From the NCBI RefSeq assembly GCF_040372045.1, contig NZ_BAABWH010000002.1: 32,000 nt of DNA. One strand, given 5' to 3'. The position numbers were made by a program, and so were the translations under genes. Positions within the stretch are counted from its first letter, which is position 1, and each line of letters opens with the position of its first letter. The notes under the pieces are model-generated. The model was not told the DNA's origin and ran no database searches. It saw nothing but the letters and a program-made list of their open reading frames with translations. This DNA comes from Thalassolituus maritimus. Its GTDB lineage: Bacteria > Pseudomonadota > Gammaproteobacteria > Pseudomonadales > Oceanobacteraceae. Of this stretch, positions 17,206 to 27,360 are shown piece by piece.

Positions 17206-18720
17206 TCAGGCCATCCGATACCTGTCGAGAGCCCGAAAACCAATGGCTTCCATTAAGTGCGATCGTTCAATGCGTTCAGCGGCGGCCAGATCTGCGACTG
17301 TCCGCGCAATCGTCAGTAAACGATGGTAGGACCGGGCGGAGAGATTCAGTCGCGCAATCGTGTCCAGCAGCCACGCCTGATCAGACTCACGTAGTTGGCA
17401 CACATCATCACGCTGCTGCCCGGTTAAACGAGCATTGGCGCAGCCCTGCCTGGCCAGCTGGCGCTGCCGGGCAGCAACCACACGCTCGCGCACTGTCTCG
17501 CTGTTTTCCGAGGGCGGCGCCTGTTGCAGTAGTTGCGGTGAGACAGGAGGGACATCCACATGCAGATCGATCCGGTCCAGCAAGGGCCCAGATGTCTGTC
17601 CCTGATAACGACGAATCTGATCCGGTGTGCATTGGCAGCGCCCGGATGGGTCCCCGTAGTAGCCACAGGGGCAGGGGTTCATAGCAGCGATTAACTGAAA
17701 CCGTGCCGGGTACGTCACCGACCGGTTGGCCCGGCTGATCACAATCTCTCCGCTCTCAAGAGGTTCACGCAATACATCCAGCACCTTGCGACTGTATTCC
17801 GGTAACTCGTCAAGAAACAGCACGCCACCATGGGCAAGGGAGATCTCTCCCGGCTTTGGATTTCCACCACCCCCAACCAATGCCACACCGGAGGACGTAT
17901 GATGCGGCGCCCGGAAGGGGCGGTGTCCCCAACGGCTCTGCCAATCTCCGCTGTGATGACTGATCGAAGCAACCGACGCTGCGACCAGAGCTTCGTCATT
18001 ATTCATTGGCGGTAAGATACCGGGTAAGCGCGACGCCAGCATGGTCTTTCCGGTACCGGGCGGCCCGATGAAAAGTAGATTGTGTTGTCCGGCTGCTGAT
18101 ATCTCGAGTGCCCGGCGCGCACCCGCCTGCCCTTTGACATCAGCAAGATTATTCGCAGAACTGACCTGCCTAGGGGGAGCGTCCTCTGCGATAACAGCAT
18201 CCAATTGCTGGTTGCCGTGCAACCAAGCACACACTTGCGACAAAGAAGCCGCCTGAAGAATATTCCCTTCCTGACACAGTGCCGCCTCTGCAGCGTTCCC
18301 CTCGGGAACAACAAGAGTTTTACCAGCATGAGCCGCCCGTAACGCGGTTGGCAAAATACCCGACACCGGTCGCAACTCACCCGACAGCGTCAACTCGCCC
18401 ACAAACTCGAGGTCGCTCAACCTGTCTTTGGGAATTTGCTCAGACGACGCGAGGATACCGAGCGCAATCGCCAGATCGTAGCGACCACCCTCCTTGGGCA
18501 AATCCGCTGGAGCAAGGTTGATAGTGATCCGCTTCGCCGGAAACTCATAATGACTGTTAAGGATGGCGCTACGGACACGATCTTTCGACTCTTTCACCGC
18601 GGTCTCTGGCAAGCCAACCAGACTTAATGAGGGCAGGCCTCCGGACAGATGCACTTCAACCTGAACCAACGGAGATTCGATACCAACCTGAGCACGGGTG
18701 TAAACTGTAGAGAGTGACAT
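17206..18720 (-). CDS. comM: YifB/ComM family Mg-chelatase-like AAA+ ATPase
   Basis: 504 aa. The N-terminus reads MSLSTVYTRAQVGIESPLVQVEVHLSGGLPSLSLVGLPETAVKESKDRV (Lon-like ChlI N-domain). It has Walker A GPPGTGKT, Walker B VLFLDEL, and the Cys cluster NPCPCGYYGDPSGRCQC. Confidence 0.93.
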   Translation of the reverse strand: MSLSTVYTRAQVGIESPLVQVEVHLSGGLPSLSLVGLPETAVKESKDRVRSAILNSHYEFPAKRITINLAPADLPKEGGRYDLAIALGILASSEQIPKDRLSDLEFVGELTLSGELRPVSGILPTALRAAHAGKTLVVPEGNAAEAALCQEGNILQAASLSQVCAWLHGNQQLDAVIAEDAPPRQVSSANNLADVKGQAGARRALEISAAGQHNLLFIGPPGTGKTMLASRLPGILPPMNNDEALVAASVASISHHSGDWQSRWGHRPFRAPHHTSSGVALVGGGGNPKPGEISLAHGGVLFLDELPEYSRKVLDVLREPLESGEIVISRANRSVTYPARFQLIAAMNPCPCGYYGDPSGRCQCTPDQIRRYQGQTSGPLLDRIDLHVDVPPVSPQLLQQAPPSENSETVRERVVAARQRQLARQGCANARLTGQQRDDVCQLRESDQAWLLDTIARLNLSARSYHRLLTIARTVADLAAAERIERSHLMEAIGFRALDRYRMA

Positions 18721-18889
18721 CTGGCCTCCTTGCCTGAATATCTGGCTAGACTATAGGAGACGCTCTTGGTGAACCATACGAAGAAAGGCTGACACCTTGT
18801 GGGCCACTCACGTATGCTCTGCATCCAGTGGAAGGTTTCTTCCGTATTTAAGAAGTCACATCGGATGAATACATAGAGCAGGAGCTACC

Positions 18890-21679
18890 GTGTACAAGCG
18901 CTATTTACACACCATCGTCACTGCCCTGTTGCTTGTAGGCTGCGGCGGTACCGGCAACGAAGGCGACACAATGAATCCGGAAACATCAGATCAAACACCT
19001 GTTGAACAATGCCAAAGCAGCTCAACTTTCTCTGCGCTCAAGGTATTTGGAACTGCCCTGATCGGTGCAACTTTGCTGAGTGGCTGCTCGGACGAGAGCA
19101 CAGATGAGGGCATCAGCGTCAGTGGTACCTTGTTTACCGCTGGCAAGACGGTACTGGATTACGACATCAACGATGTACAGGGTGGCACGCTCAACAATGA
19201 CGATCCGTTCGATGCCCAGGCAGTCCCGAATGTCGTCAGTATCCAGGGTTTCGCCTCTGAACGCCCAACCAATGCTCTCGCTACACAGGATGCCAGTTTC
19301 GAGCGATTCGCTAACGCCACTGATCGCAGTGACTACTACGCAGTCTCGCTGCAAGCTGGCCAACGAGTAGTGATGAACGTTGTCGATTACTACGGTAACG
19401 ACAACCCAGACAGCGCTTACGCGGGCGATCTGGATCTCTACCTGTTTGCCACGACCGGCGGCGAACCCATCAGAAGTTCCGAAACGGAAACCAACACCGA
19501 AGAATTTACCGTGCCATTTTCTGACGACTACATTGTGGAAGTGTATGCCTACAGCGGGATTTCCAAGTACGTACTACAGATCCTGCCAGCACGAAATAGC
19601 ATTCTGAGCGATACGTCAAAAAGGGGGGCGGCAGCATCTCGCTATGCATCTGAGTCATTTGTCCCTGGGGAAGCGATTGTCCGCTGGAAAGACAGCGCTG
19701 TTGTTCCTTCAGCCGCGACCGTCAATGGCTATAAAATGGCGAGCTCAATAGCAACATCCGAACACCCAGTTAAGGTGACGCTAGAGCAGCCTGCCAAAAT
19801 GCAGAGCCTGTCGGCATCCGGCCGCGACTTGTCAGTATTTACAGATGGACGCGATACGCTCAGTGCCATCAAAGCTCTCGGGCAACGTGATGATGTCGAA
19901 TACGCCGAGCCAAACTATATTCGAAAAGCACTGATCAGCCCCGACGATAGCCTGTATCGCCAGCAATACCATTACGCCGATATCCGCCTGCCACAGGCTT
20001 GGGACCTGAGCACTGGCTCCAGCGACGTGGTCGTTGCTGTGATCGACAGTGGCGTCTTCCTGAATCACAGCGATCTCAGTGGAAAGTTAACCGCAGGCTA
20101 CGACTTCATCAGCGATTCTTCAGTTAGTCGTGACGGCGACGGCATCGACAGCAACCCGGACGACCCCGGCGACAGTAACCAGCGCGGTGCAAGCTCATGG
20201 CATGGTACCCACGTCAGCGGTACCGTCGCCGCGGCAACGAACAACGGACGCGGCACCGCTGGCGCGGGCTGGGACACACGAGTCATGCCATTAAGGGTAT
20301 TAGGTCTGAATGGTGAAGGTTCTACCTACGACGTTATGCAAGCCGTGCGTTATGCGGCTCGACTCAGCAACGACAGCGGCACGCTGCCCGCAACCCGGGC
20401 GGATATTATCAACCTGAGTCTGGGTTCCAGCTTCCGCAGTACGGCCGAGCAAGAAACCATCCGCGCAGCGCGCAACCAAGGTGTGATCATTGTGGCCGCA
20501 GCGGGTAACAGCAGCACCGATGAAGCATTCTATCCGGCGTCCTACGACGGCGTGATTTCTGTTAGTGCAACTGCACCGAACGACACTCTGGCGTACTACT
20601 CCAACTTCGGCAGCAAAATTGACGTAGCGGCACCGGGCGGCGATATGCGCTCCGACACCAATCTCGATGGTCAGGCCGATGGGGTGCTGAGTACCTCTGT
20701 GGACGACTCTTCCGGAACTCGCACCAGCGCCTACACCTTGCAACAAGGTACCTCCATGGCGACGCCACATGTCGCAGGCGTGCTGGCTCTGATGCGCGCG
20801 GTTGATCCCACCCTGACCCCGGATGAAGTCGACTCCCTGCTGGCCAACGGCCTGATCACTGACGACATTGGTCCATCCGGTCGCGACGATAGCTTTGGCC
20901 ACGGGCTGATTAATGCCCTTAAAGCCGTGCAGCAGGCCAACAACCTCGCGGGCGGTGGCAGTGTACCTGCCACGCCCGTACTGGAAAGTGACCCAGCTGA
21001 GCTGCAGTTCGACGATGGCAGCTCGCTCACCCTGGTTGTCGATAACGTCAATGACGAAGCCGACGACCCTGTCATTACCACGTCAGCCAGTGATGACTGG
21101 ATATCCGTCAATGCCTCCGATGTTGATACGAATGGCTTGGGGGAATATCGCGTCACCATCGACCGCACGGATCTGGTAGATGGTATCTACGAGGGTATGG
21201 TGCGTTTCACACCGGATGTTGGTAACGGACTGGATGTCACCGTCACCATGCGTGTCGGCGACGCGGTGGCCATTGTTGAAGCTGCGCCTCAGTACGTCCT
21301 TCTCGAAGACGTGAACACCCTTGAGATCGCAGCAGAAGCACTGGCCAACCCAGATGGAACCTACGAAATCACTGGCGTTGAACCTGGAGAATATCGCGTC
21401 ATCGCAGGCTCAGACATCGATGTCGACCTCTATATCTGTCAAAACGGGGAAACCTGTGGTGGTTACCCGGATGCTGTATCCGAAGAAATTCTGACCATTG
21501 AAGAAGACGTATCCGGCATCGATTTCGTCGTCAGCCTGGTCAGTGGCATTAACGTATCCGATGAAGAAGGCGGCATACTCGGTGTACTACGCAGTGCACC
21601 AGAGGAACAAGACGCGCCAGACCCAGAAGCAAACACTGGCGAGGATTCTGACAAGCCACAAAGAGCAGTTGCTCAGTAG
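18890..21679 (+). CDS. Subtilisin-like S8 serine peptidase, lipoprotein-type, with N-terminal PPC-like domain and C-terminal beta-rich extensions
   Basis: 929 aa. GTG start has AGGAG 7 nt upstream. The catalytic triad blocks are VVVAVIDSGV (Asp), WHGTHVSGTVAA (His) and GTSMATPHVAGV (Ser). The upstream region DRSDYYAVSLQAGQRVVMNV...DLDLYLF resembles a pre-peptidase (PPC) domain. The N-terminus carries two lipobox-like sequences (LLLVGC and TLLSGC). Confidence 0.92.
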   Translation: MYKRYLHTIVTALLLVGCGGTGNEGDTMNPETSDQTPVEQCQSSSTFSALKVFGTALIGATLLSGCSDESTDEGISVSGTLFTAGKTVLDYDINDVQGGTLNNDDPFDAQAVPNVVSIQGFASERPTNALATQDASFERFANATDRSDYYAVSLQAGQRVVMNVVDYYGNDNPDSAYAGDLDLYLFATTGGEPIRSSETETNTEEFTVPFSDDYIVEVYAYSGISKYVLQILPARNSILSDTSKRGAAASRYASESFVPGEAIVRWKDSAVVPSAATVNGYKMASSIATSEHPVKVTLEQPAKMQSLSASGRDLSVFTDGRDTLSAIKALGQRDDVEYAEPNYIRKALISPDDSLYRQQYHYADIRLPQAWDLSTGSSDVVVAVIDSGVFLNHSDLSGKLTAGYDFISDSSVSRDGDGIDSNPDDPGDSNQRGASSWHGTHVSGTVAAATNNGRGTAGAGWDTRVMPLRVLGLNGEGSTYDVMQAVRYAARLSNDSGTLPATRADIINLSLGSSFRSTAEQETIRAARNQGVIIVAAAGNSSTDEAFYPASYDGVISVSATAPNDTLAYYSNFGSKIDVAAPGGDMRSDTNLDGQADGVLSTSVDDSSGTRTSAYTLQQGTSMATPHVAGVLALMRAVDPTLTPDEVDSLLANGLITDDIGPSGRDDSFGHGLINALKAVQQANNLAGGGSVPATPVLESDPAELQFDDGSSLTLVVDNVNDEADDPVITTSASDDWISVNASDVDTNGLGEYRVTIDRTDLVDGIYEGMVRFTPDVGNGLDVTVTMRVGDAVAIVEAAPQYVLLEDVNTLEIAAEALANPDGTYEITGVEPGEYRVIAGSDIDVDLYICQNGETCGGYPDAVSEEILTIEEDVSGIDFVVSLVSGINVSDEEGGILGVLRSAPEEQDAPDPEANTGEDSDKPQRAVAQ

Positions 21680-21727
21680 TCCATTGTGGATTCGATACAG
21701 ACAAATTGCCGATAGATAGTAGATAAG

Positions 21728-21753
21728 AAAAAGGGCCGCGATGAGGCCCTTTT
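21728..21753. terminator. Bidirectional rho-independent terminator (S8 peptidase gene / SDR gene)
   Basis: aaaaagggcc (21728..21737), loop gcgatga, ggccctttt (21745..21753). It lies between convergent stops at 21679 and 21779. Confidence 0.7.
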
Positions 21754-21778
21754 GCTTTGCATAGATCAGAACAGGCTA

Positions 21779-22612
21779 TCAGCCCTTTTTGGCATTCAGC
21801 GCTTCTTCACGACGACGCAGATCAAATGACGCCTGCTTCACTTTCCAGCGGAACAACCCGCCCAGCCAGCGCTTGATGAAAACAGCTTTACGGCCAATCG
21901 GGTGCGGATTGCAGATCATTTCGCCTTTCATCAACGACTTATATGCACGATCAGCTACTTCGCTGGCATCCAGTTCAGATTTCTCGAAGACCTTGTCGAC
22001 GAATTTCAGCATTGAAGGGTCTGACGTCTTCATAGTTTTGTTCAGATTCGTGCGGAAGAAGCCCGGGCACAGTGCTGTCACTTTAATGTTATAAGCGTGC
22101 AGCTCGTAGTACATGGTTTCAGACAGGGCAATCACGCCCGCCTTCGTCACATTGTAAGAAGCCATCGACGGCAGAATCATCAGCCCAGCCAGCGACGCCG
22201 TATTCATGATGTAGCCTTTGTTCTGCTTCTTCATGACAGGCGTGAAGGTTCGGCAACCCAATGCAACACCCTTGAGGTTGATGTCGATGATCCACTCCCA
22301 CCAAGCCCACTCGCCCGCGTCGATGCGATCACCAGTAGCAACACCGGCGTTATTCACTAATACATCCAGCCCACTCCAACGCTCTTCGACATCAGCACGC
22401 AGGGCGTTCCACTGATCTTCCGAGGTGACATCAAGATATGCCGTCCAACCATCGCCACCCGCTGCTTTCACCATTTCGAGTGTCTCAGCAGAGCCTTCGG
22501 CATTGATGTCAGCGATGCAGATATCTGCCCCTTCTTTAGCGAAACGCAGTGCAAGCTCGCGTCCAAGGCCGCTGGCAGCGCCGGTAATCAGTACTTTTTG
22601 CTTGGTAGTCAT
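21779..22612 (-). CDS. Short-chain dehydrogenase/reductase (classical SDR) with basic amphipathic C-terminal tail
   Basis: 277 aa. It has TGAASGLG (Rossmann), NNAG, and catalytic S...YNVTK (YxxxK). The C-terminus reads WLGGLFRWKVKQASFDLRRREEALNAKKG. The start lies 3 nt after the lpxL-like stop. Confidence 0.88.
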   Translation of the reverse strand: MTTKQKVLITGAASGLGRELALRFAKEGADICIADINAEGSAETLEMVKAAGGDGWTAYLDVTSEDQWNALRADVEERWSGLDVLVNNAGVATGDRIDAGEWAWWEWIIDINLKGVALGCRTFTPVMKKQNKGYIMNTASLAGLMILPSMASYNVTKAGVIALSETMYYELHAYNIKVTALCPGFFRTNLNKTMKTSDPSMLKFVDKVFEKSELDASEVADRAYKSLMKGEMICNPHPIGRKAVFIKRWLGGLFRWKVKQASFDLRRREEALNAKKG

Positions 22613-22615
22613 AGG

Positions 22616-23566
22616 TCAGGCCTTATTGTTTTTCTTGTACAAGCTGCCCTTTTTAATTGCAGGGTCAACCGGGGTTTTAAAGCGTTTATGCAGCCAAAGA
22701 TATTGCGACGGGTTTGCTCTGAGTTGCTGCTCGATAAAATCGTTTGCCAGCTGCGCGTCTGCCTCATCGTTGCCGCTTGGGATATCAATCGGATCATGAA
22801 CTGTGATGACGTACCCTGAGTGATCAGATTTTCTGAAATACGTCAGTGGCATTACTTTCGCTTTGCCCGCTTTCGCGATCCGCGACGTCGCGGTGATGGT
22901 CGCGGCAGGGTGACCAAAGAAATTCACAAACACGCTGTTTTTGCGGCCAAAATCCTGATCCTGTGCGTACCAGAGTACCTTACCCTGTCGTAGGGTACGG
23001 ATGAAGCCACGAATATCTTTGCGGGTCAGGCATTCATCGTAAAACCGTGCCCGATTGCGCTCCATGATGTAGTTCATCACTGGATTATCCTGCGGGCGAT
23101 AAGACACGCTGATATGCAGCTCAGTACTCAAGAGGCTTCCAGCCAGATCAAGCATGGAATAATGCGCCCCCAGCAGCATCACACCCTGACCGCTGGCTTG
23201 TGCTTCGCGCACTTTGTCGAATCCAACGAACTCGGTCTTTGGACGTAACCAGTTAGGGCCACGAAACCAGCCCATAAAGGTTTCCATCAGACCAATGCCG
23301 TTATCAATGAATATCTGCCGTACCAGTGCCGCCTGCTCTTTGGGCGTTTTCTCTGGAAAACACAGACCGATATTCACTTCAGCTATATGGCGCCGACTTC
23401 GGGCCACCTTGTGCAGGATCAGCCCTATTCCTTTGCCAAGCCCCAGCTGCCAGGAATAGGGCAGCCGGGTAAGGAGCACTAGTACACCAACACCAAACCA
23501 GACCGGCCAGTGTTTAGGGTGTCGCGGAGGAGTGCCAGCTGACCCGGTATGACGGGCGTCAGCCAT
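22616..23566 (-). CDS. lpxL: Lipid A secondary (lauroyl/myristoyl) acyltransferase, LpxL/HtrB family
   Basis: 316 aa. It has an N-terminal membrane anchor ([18 protein letters not shown]), NIGLCFPEK, and the HX4D acyltransferase motif GAHYSMLD. Its ATG overlaps the hldD stop (ATGGCTGA, 8-nt overlap). I cannot distinguish the exact paralogue (LpxL, LpxM or LpxP). Confidence 0.8.
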   Translation of the reverse strand: MADARHTGSAGTPPRHPKHWPVWFGVGVLVLLTRLPYSWQLGLGKGIGLILHKVARSRRHIAEVNIGLCFPEKTPKEQAALVRQIFIDNGIGLMETFMGWFRGPNWLRPKTEFVGFDKVREAQASGQGVMLLGAHYSMLDLAGSLLSTELHISVSYRPQDNPVMNYIMERNRARFYDECLTRKDIRGFIRTLRQGKVLWYAQDQDFGRKNSVFVNFFGHPAATITATSRIAKAGKAKVMPLTYFRKSDHSGYVITVHDPIDIPSGNDEADAQLANDFIEQQLRANPSQYLWLHKRFKTPVDPAIKKGSLYKKNNKA

Positions 23567-24530
23567 TCAGCCAATCCAGATACGCATTCACGCCCTGCTC
23601 TACCGTGAAGAAATCATCCGCGTAGCCAGCCGCTCGCAGGTTACTTATGTCCGCTTCGGTGAAGCTCTGATACGCACCTTTCAGATGATCCGGGAACGGA
23701 ATGTACTCTTTCTCGCCCTGCGTTCCTTTCGCACCGTGCCAGGCGACAACGGCATCCGCAACGTCATTAAAGCTCTGACACTTCCCAGTACCCAGGTTGT
23801 AGATACCTGACGCCGCTTTCTCTTGCCAGAACCACAAATTCACTTTCACCACATCGCCGACATAAACGAAATCGCGTCGCTGCTCGCCAGCCCCCCAACC
23901 TTCAGTCTCGCCAAATAGCTTGCAGACGCCTGCGTCTTTAATCTGGTTATTGAAGTGGAACGCTACTGACGACATAGACCCTTTGTGCTGTTCGCGCGGG
24001 CCGTAAACGTTGAAGTAACGGAAACCAACCACCTGACTCGGGAATGTATCGTTCGGGTAGCTGCGCTGCAACTGGCGTACATACTGGTCGAATTGCCACT
24101 TGGAGTAGCCGTATACGTTGAGCGGTTTCTCATGAACGCGCTCTTCTTTGAAGACGTCACTGCCGCCATAAACGGATGCGCTGGAGGCATACAGATAGGG
24201 GATGCCTTTCTCCAGGCAAGCATGCAGCAGAATTTTGGAGTACTCGTAGTTGTTCTCCATCATAAATTTGCCGTCCCACTCTGTGGTCGAGGAACAGGCA
24301 CCTTCGTGAAAGATGGCTTCTACGTCATCCAACAAGCCATCGTCCAGCTCAACCCGCTGCAGGAAATCATGCTTGTCGAGGTAATCGGCGATATCGCAGT
24401 CGCTGATGTTGTAGAACTGACGACCGTCCGTCAGGTCGTCAACGACGATGATGTCGGTGCGACCCTGATCGTTCAGTGCCTTCACGATGTTACTGCCGAT
24501 AAAACCGGCGCCGCCTGTGACAATAATCAT
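23559..24530 (-). CDS. hldD: ADP-L-glycero-D-manno-heptose 6-epimerase
   Basis: 323 aa. The N-terminus [33 protein letters not shown] is nearly identical to E. coli HldD/RfaD as I recall it. It also has the YGYSK catalytic motif. Its ATG overlaps the hldE stop (ATGA). Confidence 0.95.
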   Translation of the reverse strand: MIIVTGGAGFIGSNIVKALNDQGRTDIIVVDDLTDGRQFYNISDCDIADYLDKHDFLQRVELDDGLLDDVEAIFHEGACSSTTEWDGKFMMENNYEYSKILLHACLEKGIPYLYASSASVYGGSDVFKEERVHEKPLNVYGYSKWQFDQYVRQLQRSYPNDTFPSQVVGFRYFNVYGPREQHKGSMSSVAFHFNNQIKDAGVCKLFGETEGWGAGEQRRDFVYVGDVVKVNLWFWQEKAASGIYNLGTGKCQSFNDVADAVVAWHGAKGTQGEKEYIPFPDHLKGAYQSFTEADISNLRAAGYADDFFTVEQGVNAYLDWLNG

Positions 24531-25957
24531 TCACTTGTCTCCTGAATTCGTTTAACGATGGCTGACGTAGAGCAGTTGTCTTTGAAACTGAGGATGATGA
24601 CCTCTCCGCCGTTGTTCTGTACGCAGCCACCACCGGCTATTTGTTCAACCGTATAGTCTCCGCCCTTTACGAGAATATCAGGCAGTACCCGGCATATCAG
24701 ACGTTCGGGAGTGTCTTCAGAGAAAGGGACAACCCAATCGACACTCTCCAGCCCGGATAATACCGCCATTCGGTGATCAATCGGATTCACTGGGCGGCTT
24801 GGCCCCTTCAGCCGTGACACCGACTCGTCTGAGTTCACCGCGACCAACAGGCGGTCGCCCAACGCTTTGGCTTCTTTCAGATACTGCACATGACCCGGAT
24901 GAATAATGTCGAAACAACCGTTAGTCATGACCAGTGTTTCGCCACGTTCGCGGGCTTCCTGTACCAGTAACATCAGTGAGTCTTCATCGAACAGGCCGGC
25001 ACCTTGCTGGCTGTCCTGACGCAGTTCACGGCGCAGTTCTTCGGTTGAGGCAGTTGCCGTACCTAGCTTGCCGACGACAATGCCAGCAGCAGTATTGGCC
25101 AGTAAAGTCGCTTCCTCAAAGCCAGCACCGGCTGCAAGCGATGCAGCCAGGACAGAAATCACAGTGTCACCGGCACCGGTCACATCGTAGACCTCACGTG
25201 CGCGGGTCGGCAGATGGAAAGGCTCTGCGTCGCGGCGCACAAGGGTCATACCCTTTTCGCTGCGGGTGACCAACACGCCTTCGAGGTCGAACTCTTCGAC
25301 TAAGGAGTGGGCTTTAGTAACCAACTCTTCATCCGACTGCGCCGGACCAACCACGGCTTCGAACTCACTGAGGTTTGGCGTAATCAAAGTCGCGCCACGG
25401 TACTTTTCAAAATCGGTATCCTTTGGATCAACAAGAACCGGTACATTTTGCGCTTTCGCTGCCCGAATCAGAGGCTGAGGGTCGGCAAGCGAGCCTTTGC
25501 CATAATCCGACAGGATTACTACACCCGTGTCTTTCAGGCGGGTTTCAAACGACGCTTTGGATGCAGAGATATCCACAGCATGGAAAGCATCTTCAAAGTC
25601 GAGGCGAATCAACTGCTGCTGACGGCTGATAATCCGCAGCTTGGTGATGGTCGGGTGGGTATCGTGCTTCTGAAAATCGCAGGTAACACCGGCATCCTGC
25701 AGCAGGCCTTCGAGCAAAGCAGCGTTGTCATCCTGACCGGTAATGCCAAGCAGGTCGACCTGACCACCGAGCACCGCAATGTTCAATGCCACGTTCCCTG
25801 CGCCGCCCGCACGGTTTTCTGTGTCCTGAATTTTAACGACAGGCACAGGTGCTTCAGGAGAAATACGAGAGGTCGGGCCACCCCAGTAACGGTCGAGCAT
25901 GATGTCGCCGAATACCAGTACCCGGGCATTGTGAAAATCGGGGATAGTTACATCCAT
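24527..25957 (-). CDS. hldE: Bifunctional D-beta-D-heptose 7-phosphate kinase / D-beta-D-heptose 1-phosphate adenylyltransferase
   Basis: ORF 24527..26068 trimmed to ATG (25957..25955), giving 476 aa (E. coli HldE is about 477 aa). It starts [25 protein letters not shown] (ribokinase-like domain, with DVTGAGDT later). The C-terminal cytidylyltransferase domain has [12 protein letters not shown]. The longer start would overlap the divergent waaA start. Confidence 0.93.
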   Translation of the reverse strand: MDVTIPDFHNARVLVFGDIMLDRYWGGPTSRISPEAPVPVVKIQDTENRAGGAGNVALNIAVLGGQVDLLGITGQDDNAALLEGLLQDAGVTCDFQKHDTHPTITKLRIISRQQQLIRLDFEDAFHAVDISASKASFETRLKDTGVVILSDYGKGSLADPQPLIRAAKAQNVPVLVDPKDTDFEKYRGATLITPNLSEFEAVVGPAQSDEELVTKAHSLVEEFDLEGVLVTRSEKGMTLVRRDAEPFHLPTRAREVYDVTGAGDTVISVLAASLAAGAGFEEATLLANTAAGIVVGKLGTATASTEELRRELRQDSQQGAGLFDEDSLMLLVQEARERGETLVMTNGCFDIIHPGHVQYLKEAKALGDRLLVAVNSDESVSRLKGPSRPVNPIDHRMAVLSGLESVDWVVPFSEDTPERLICRVLPDILVKGGDYTVEQIAGGGCVQNNGGEVIILSFKDNCSTSAIVKRIQETSE

Positions 25958-26056
25958 CAGGAGATTCGCCGGTAGATCAGAAAGCGCGCAGTTTATCATA
26001 GGCGACTTCTTAATTGTGCTACTATCCGGGCCCGACATTCTGCACCCGGACGCACT

Positions 26057-27325
26057 GTGGCACGACACCTCTACACCCTGATCTACAGCCTGTTTTTACC
26101 CATTATCATCGCCCGTCTTTGGTGGCGTGGACGCACAAACCCGGGTTACAGACAGCGCATCGCTGAGCGTTTCGGATTTTTACCGCATCAACCACGCCCG
26201 GGCGGCCTTTGGGTGCACGCTGTGTCCGTCGGAGAAACGCTCGCTGCTGCTCAATTTGTAAAACAGTTCATGGTGCAGAACCCCGATACCCCAGTGATCA
26301 TCACCAGTACCACCCCAACCGGCTCGGAGCAGGTCAAACGCATCTTCGGCGAGCGAGTATTTCATATGTACCTGCCCTATGACCTGCCGTCCTTCATCAA
26401 TCGTTTTATCAAGAGTATTCGCCCCGGCGCTTTGGTCATCATAGAAACCGAGCTGTGGCCCAATCTACTGGCGTGCTGTGATCAGCATGACCTGCCAGTC
26501 GTACTTGCCAATGCCCGCATGTCAGAACGATCCGCCCGTGGTTATGGAAAAGTGCCCGCTCTGACTCGTCCGATGCTGCACAGCCTTAATATCGTTGCCG
26601 TGCAAAATCCCACTGACGGTCAACGTTTTATCGAGCTCGGTCTTCCAACCGGACGCCTGAAGGTTACGGGCAGCGTAAAATTTGATGTCACCCTGCCAGA
26701 GGGTTGCCGCCAGAACGGTACTGCTTTGCGCGAGCAATGGGGGGGCAGTCGTCCCGTGCTGGCGCTCGCTTCAAGTCATCCGACCGAAGACGAGCAGTTG
26801 CTCGATATCTATCCTGCGTTAGAAGAAGCAATCCCCGGTCTTTTACTGCTACTGATTCCGCGTCACCCGGAACGCTTTGAGCCGGTAACCAATGCAGCCC
26901 GCAGTCGTCACCTACGAGTACATCGTCGAACTAATGGCCCCGCTTCAAACGACACTCAGATCTACGTTGCAGACACCATGGGCGAGATGCTGAATATGCT
27001 TACCGCTGCCGACGTCGTTGTAATGGGCGGAAGCCTTTATTCTGGCGGCGGCGGCCATAACCCAATTGAACCCGCAGCCCTCGGTAAAGCCACCCTGATT
27101 GGCGCTGATCACATAAACTTCACCAGCATAGTCAGCGAACTCGTGGAGGCCGGAGCTATGGCCGTTTGCGAGAGTCTGCCAGCATTGCAGGAAGAGGCAA
27201 TTCGCTTACTGAAGGACAGCACTGCCCGCGAAGTAATGGGTAAGAATGGCTTGGACGTGGTCGAGACGAATCGGGGAGCGGTGACGCAGTTGTTGGAATT
27301 AGTCAAAGAACAGCTAAAAATATAA
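26057..27325 (+). CDS. waaA: 3-deoxy-D-manno-octulosonic acid (Kdo) transferase
   Basis: 422 aa with a GTG start. It has an N-terminal anchor ([22 protein letters not shown]), then [32 protein letters not shown] and [10 protein letters not shown], which is the WaaA/KdtA pattern. Confidence 0.93.
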   Translation: MARHLYTLIYSLFLPIIIARLWWRGRTNPGYRQRIAERFGFLPHQPRPGGLWVHAVSVGETLAAAQFVKQFMVQNPDTPVIITSTTPTGSEQVKRIFGERVFHMYLPYDLPSFINRFIKSIRPGALVIIETELWPNLLACCDQHDLPVVLANARMSERSARGYGKVPALTRPMLHSLNIVAVQNPTDGQRFIELGLPTGRLKVTGSVKFDVTLPEGCRQNGTALREQWGGSRPVLALASSHPTEDEQLLDIYPALEEAIPGLLLLLIPRHPERFEPVTNAARSRHLRVHRRTNGPASNDTQIYVADTMGEMLNMLTAADVVVMGGSLYSGGGGHNPIEPAALGKATLIGADHINFTSIVSELVEAGAMAVCESLPALQEEAIRLLKDSTAREVMGKNGLDVVETNRGAVTQLLELVKEQLKI

Positions 27326-27360
27326 AAAGGCAACAAACTAGCAGCAAGGACCATTCAAGG

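Noticed and set aside
25968-25975. ops/JUMPStart-like octamer GCCGGTAG upstream of waaA (a similar GCGGTAGC occurs at about 940 upstream of dsbA).
   Set aside because: It has one mismatch to GGCGGTAG in a short motif. A second near-match occurs at an unrelated gene, which shows it arises by chance at this GC content. There is no evidence of RfaH dependence.
25958-26068. Extended N-termini offered by the ORF track: hldE to 26068, lipoprotein to 9138, DUF4397 to 17187, dsbA to 949, cytochrome to 466, cyclase to 2480, lipoprotein to 29528.
   Set aside because: The internal ATG starts give canonical signal peptides or family-typical N-termini and better SD spacing. The hldE extension would also overlap the divergent waaA start.
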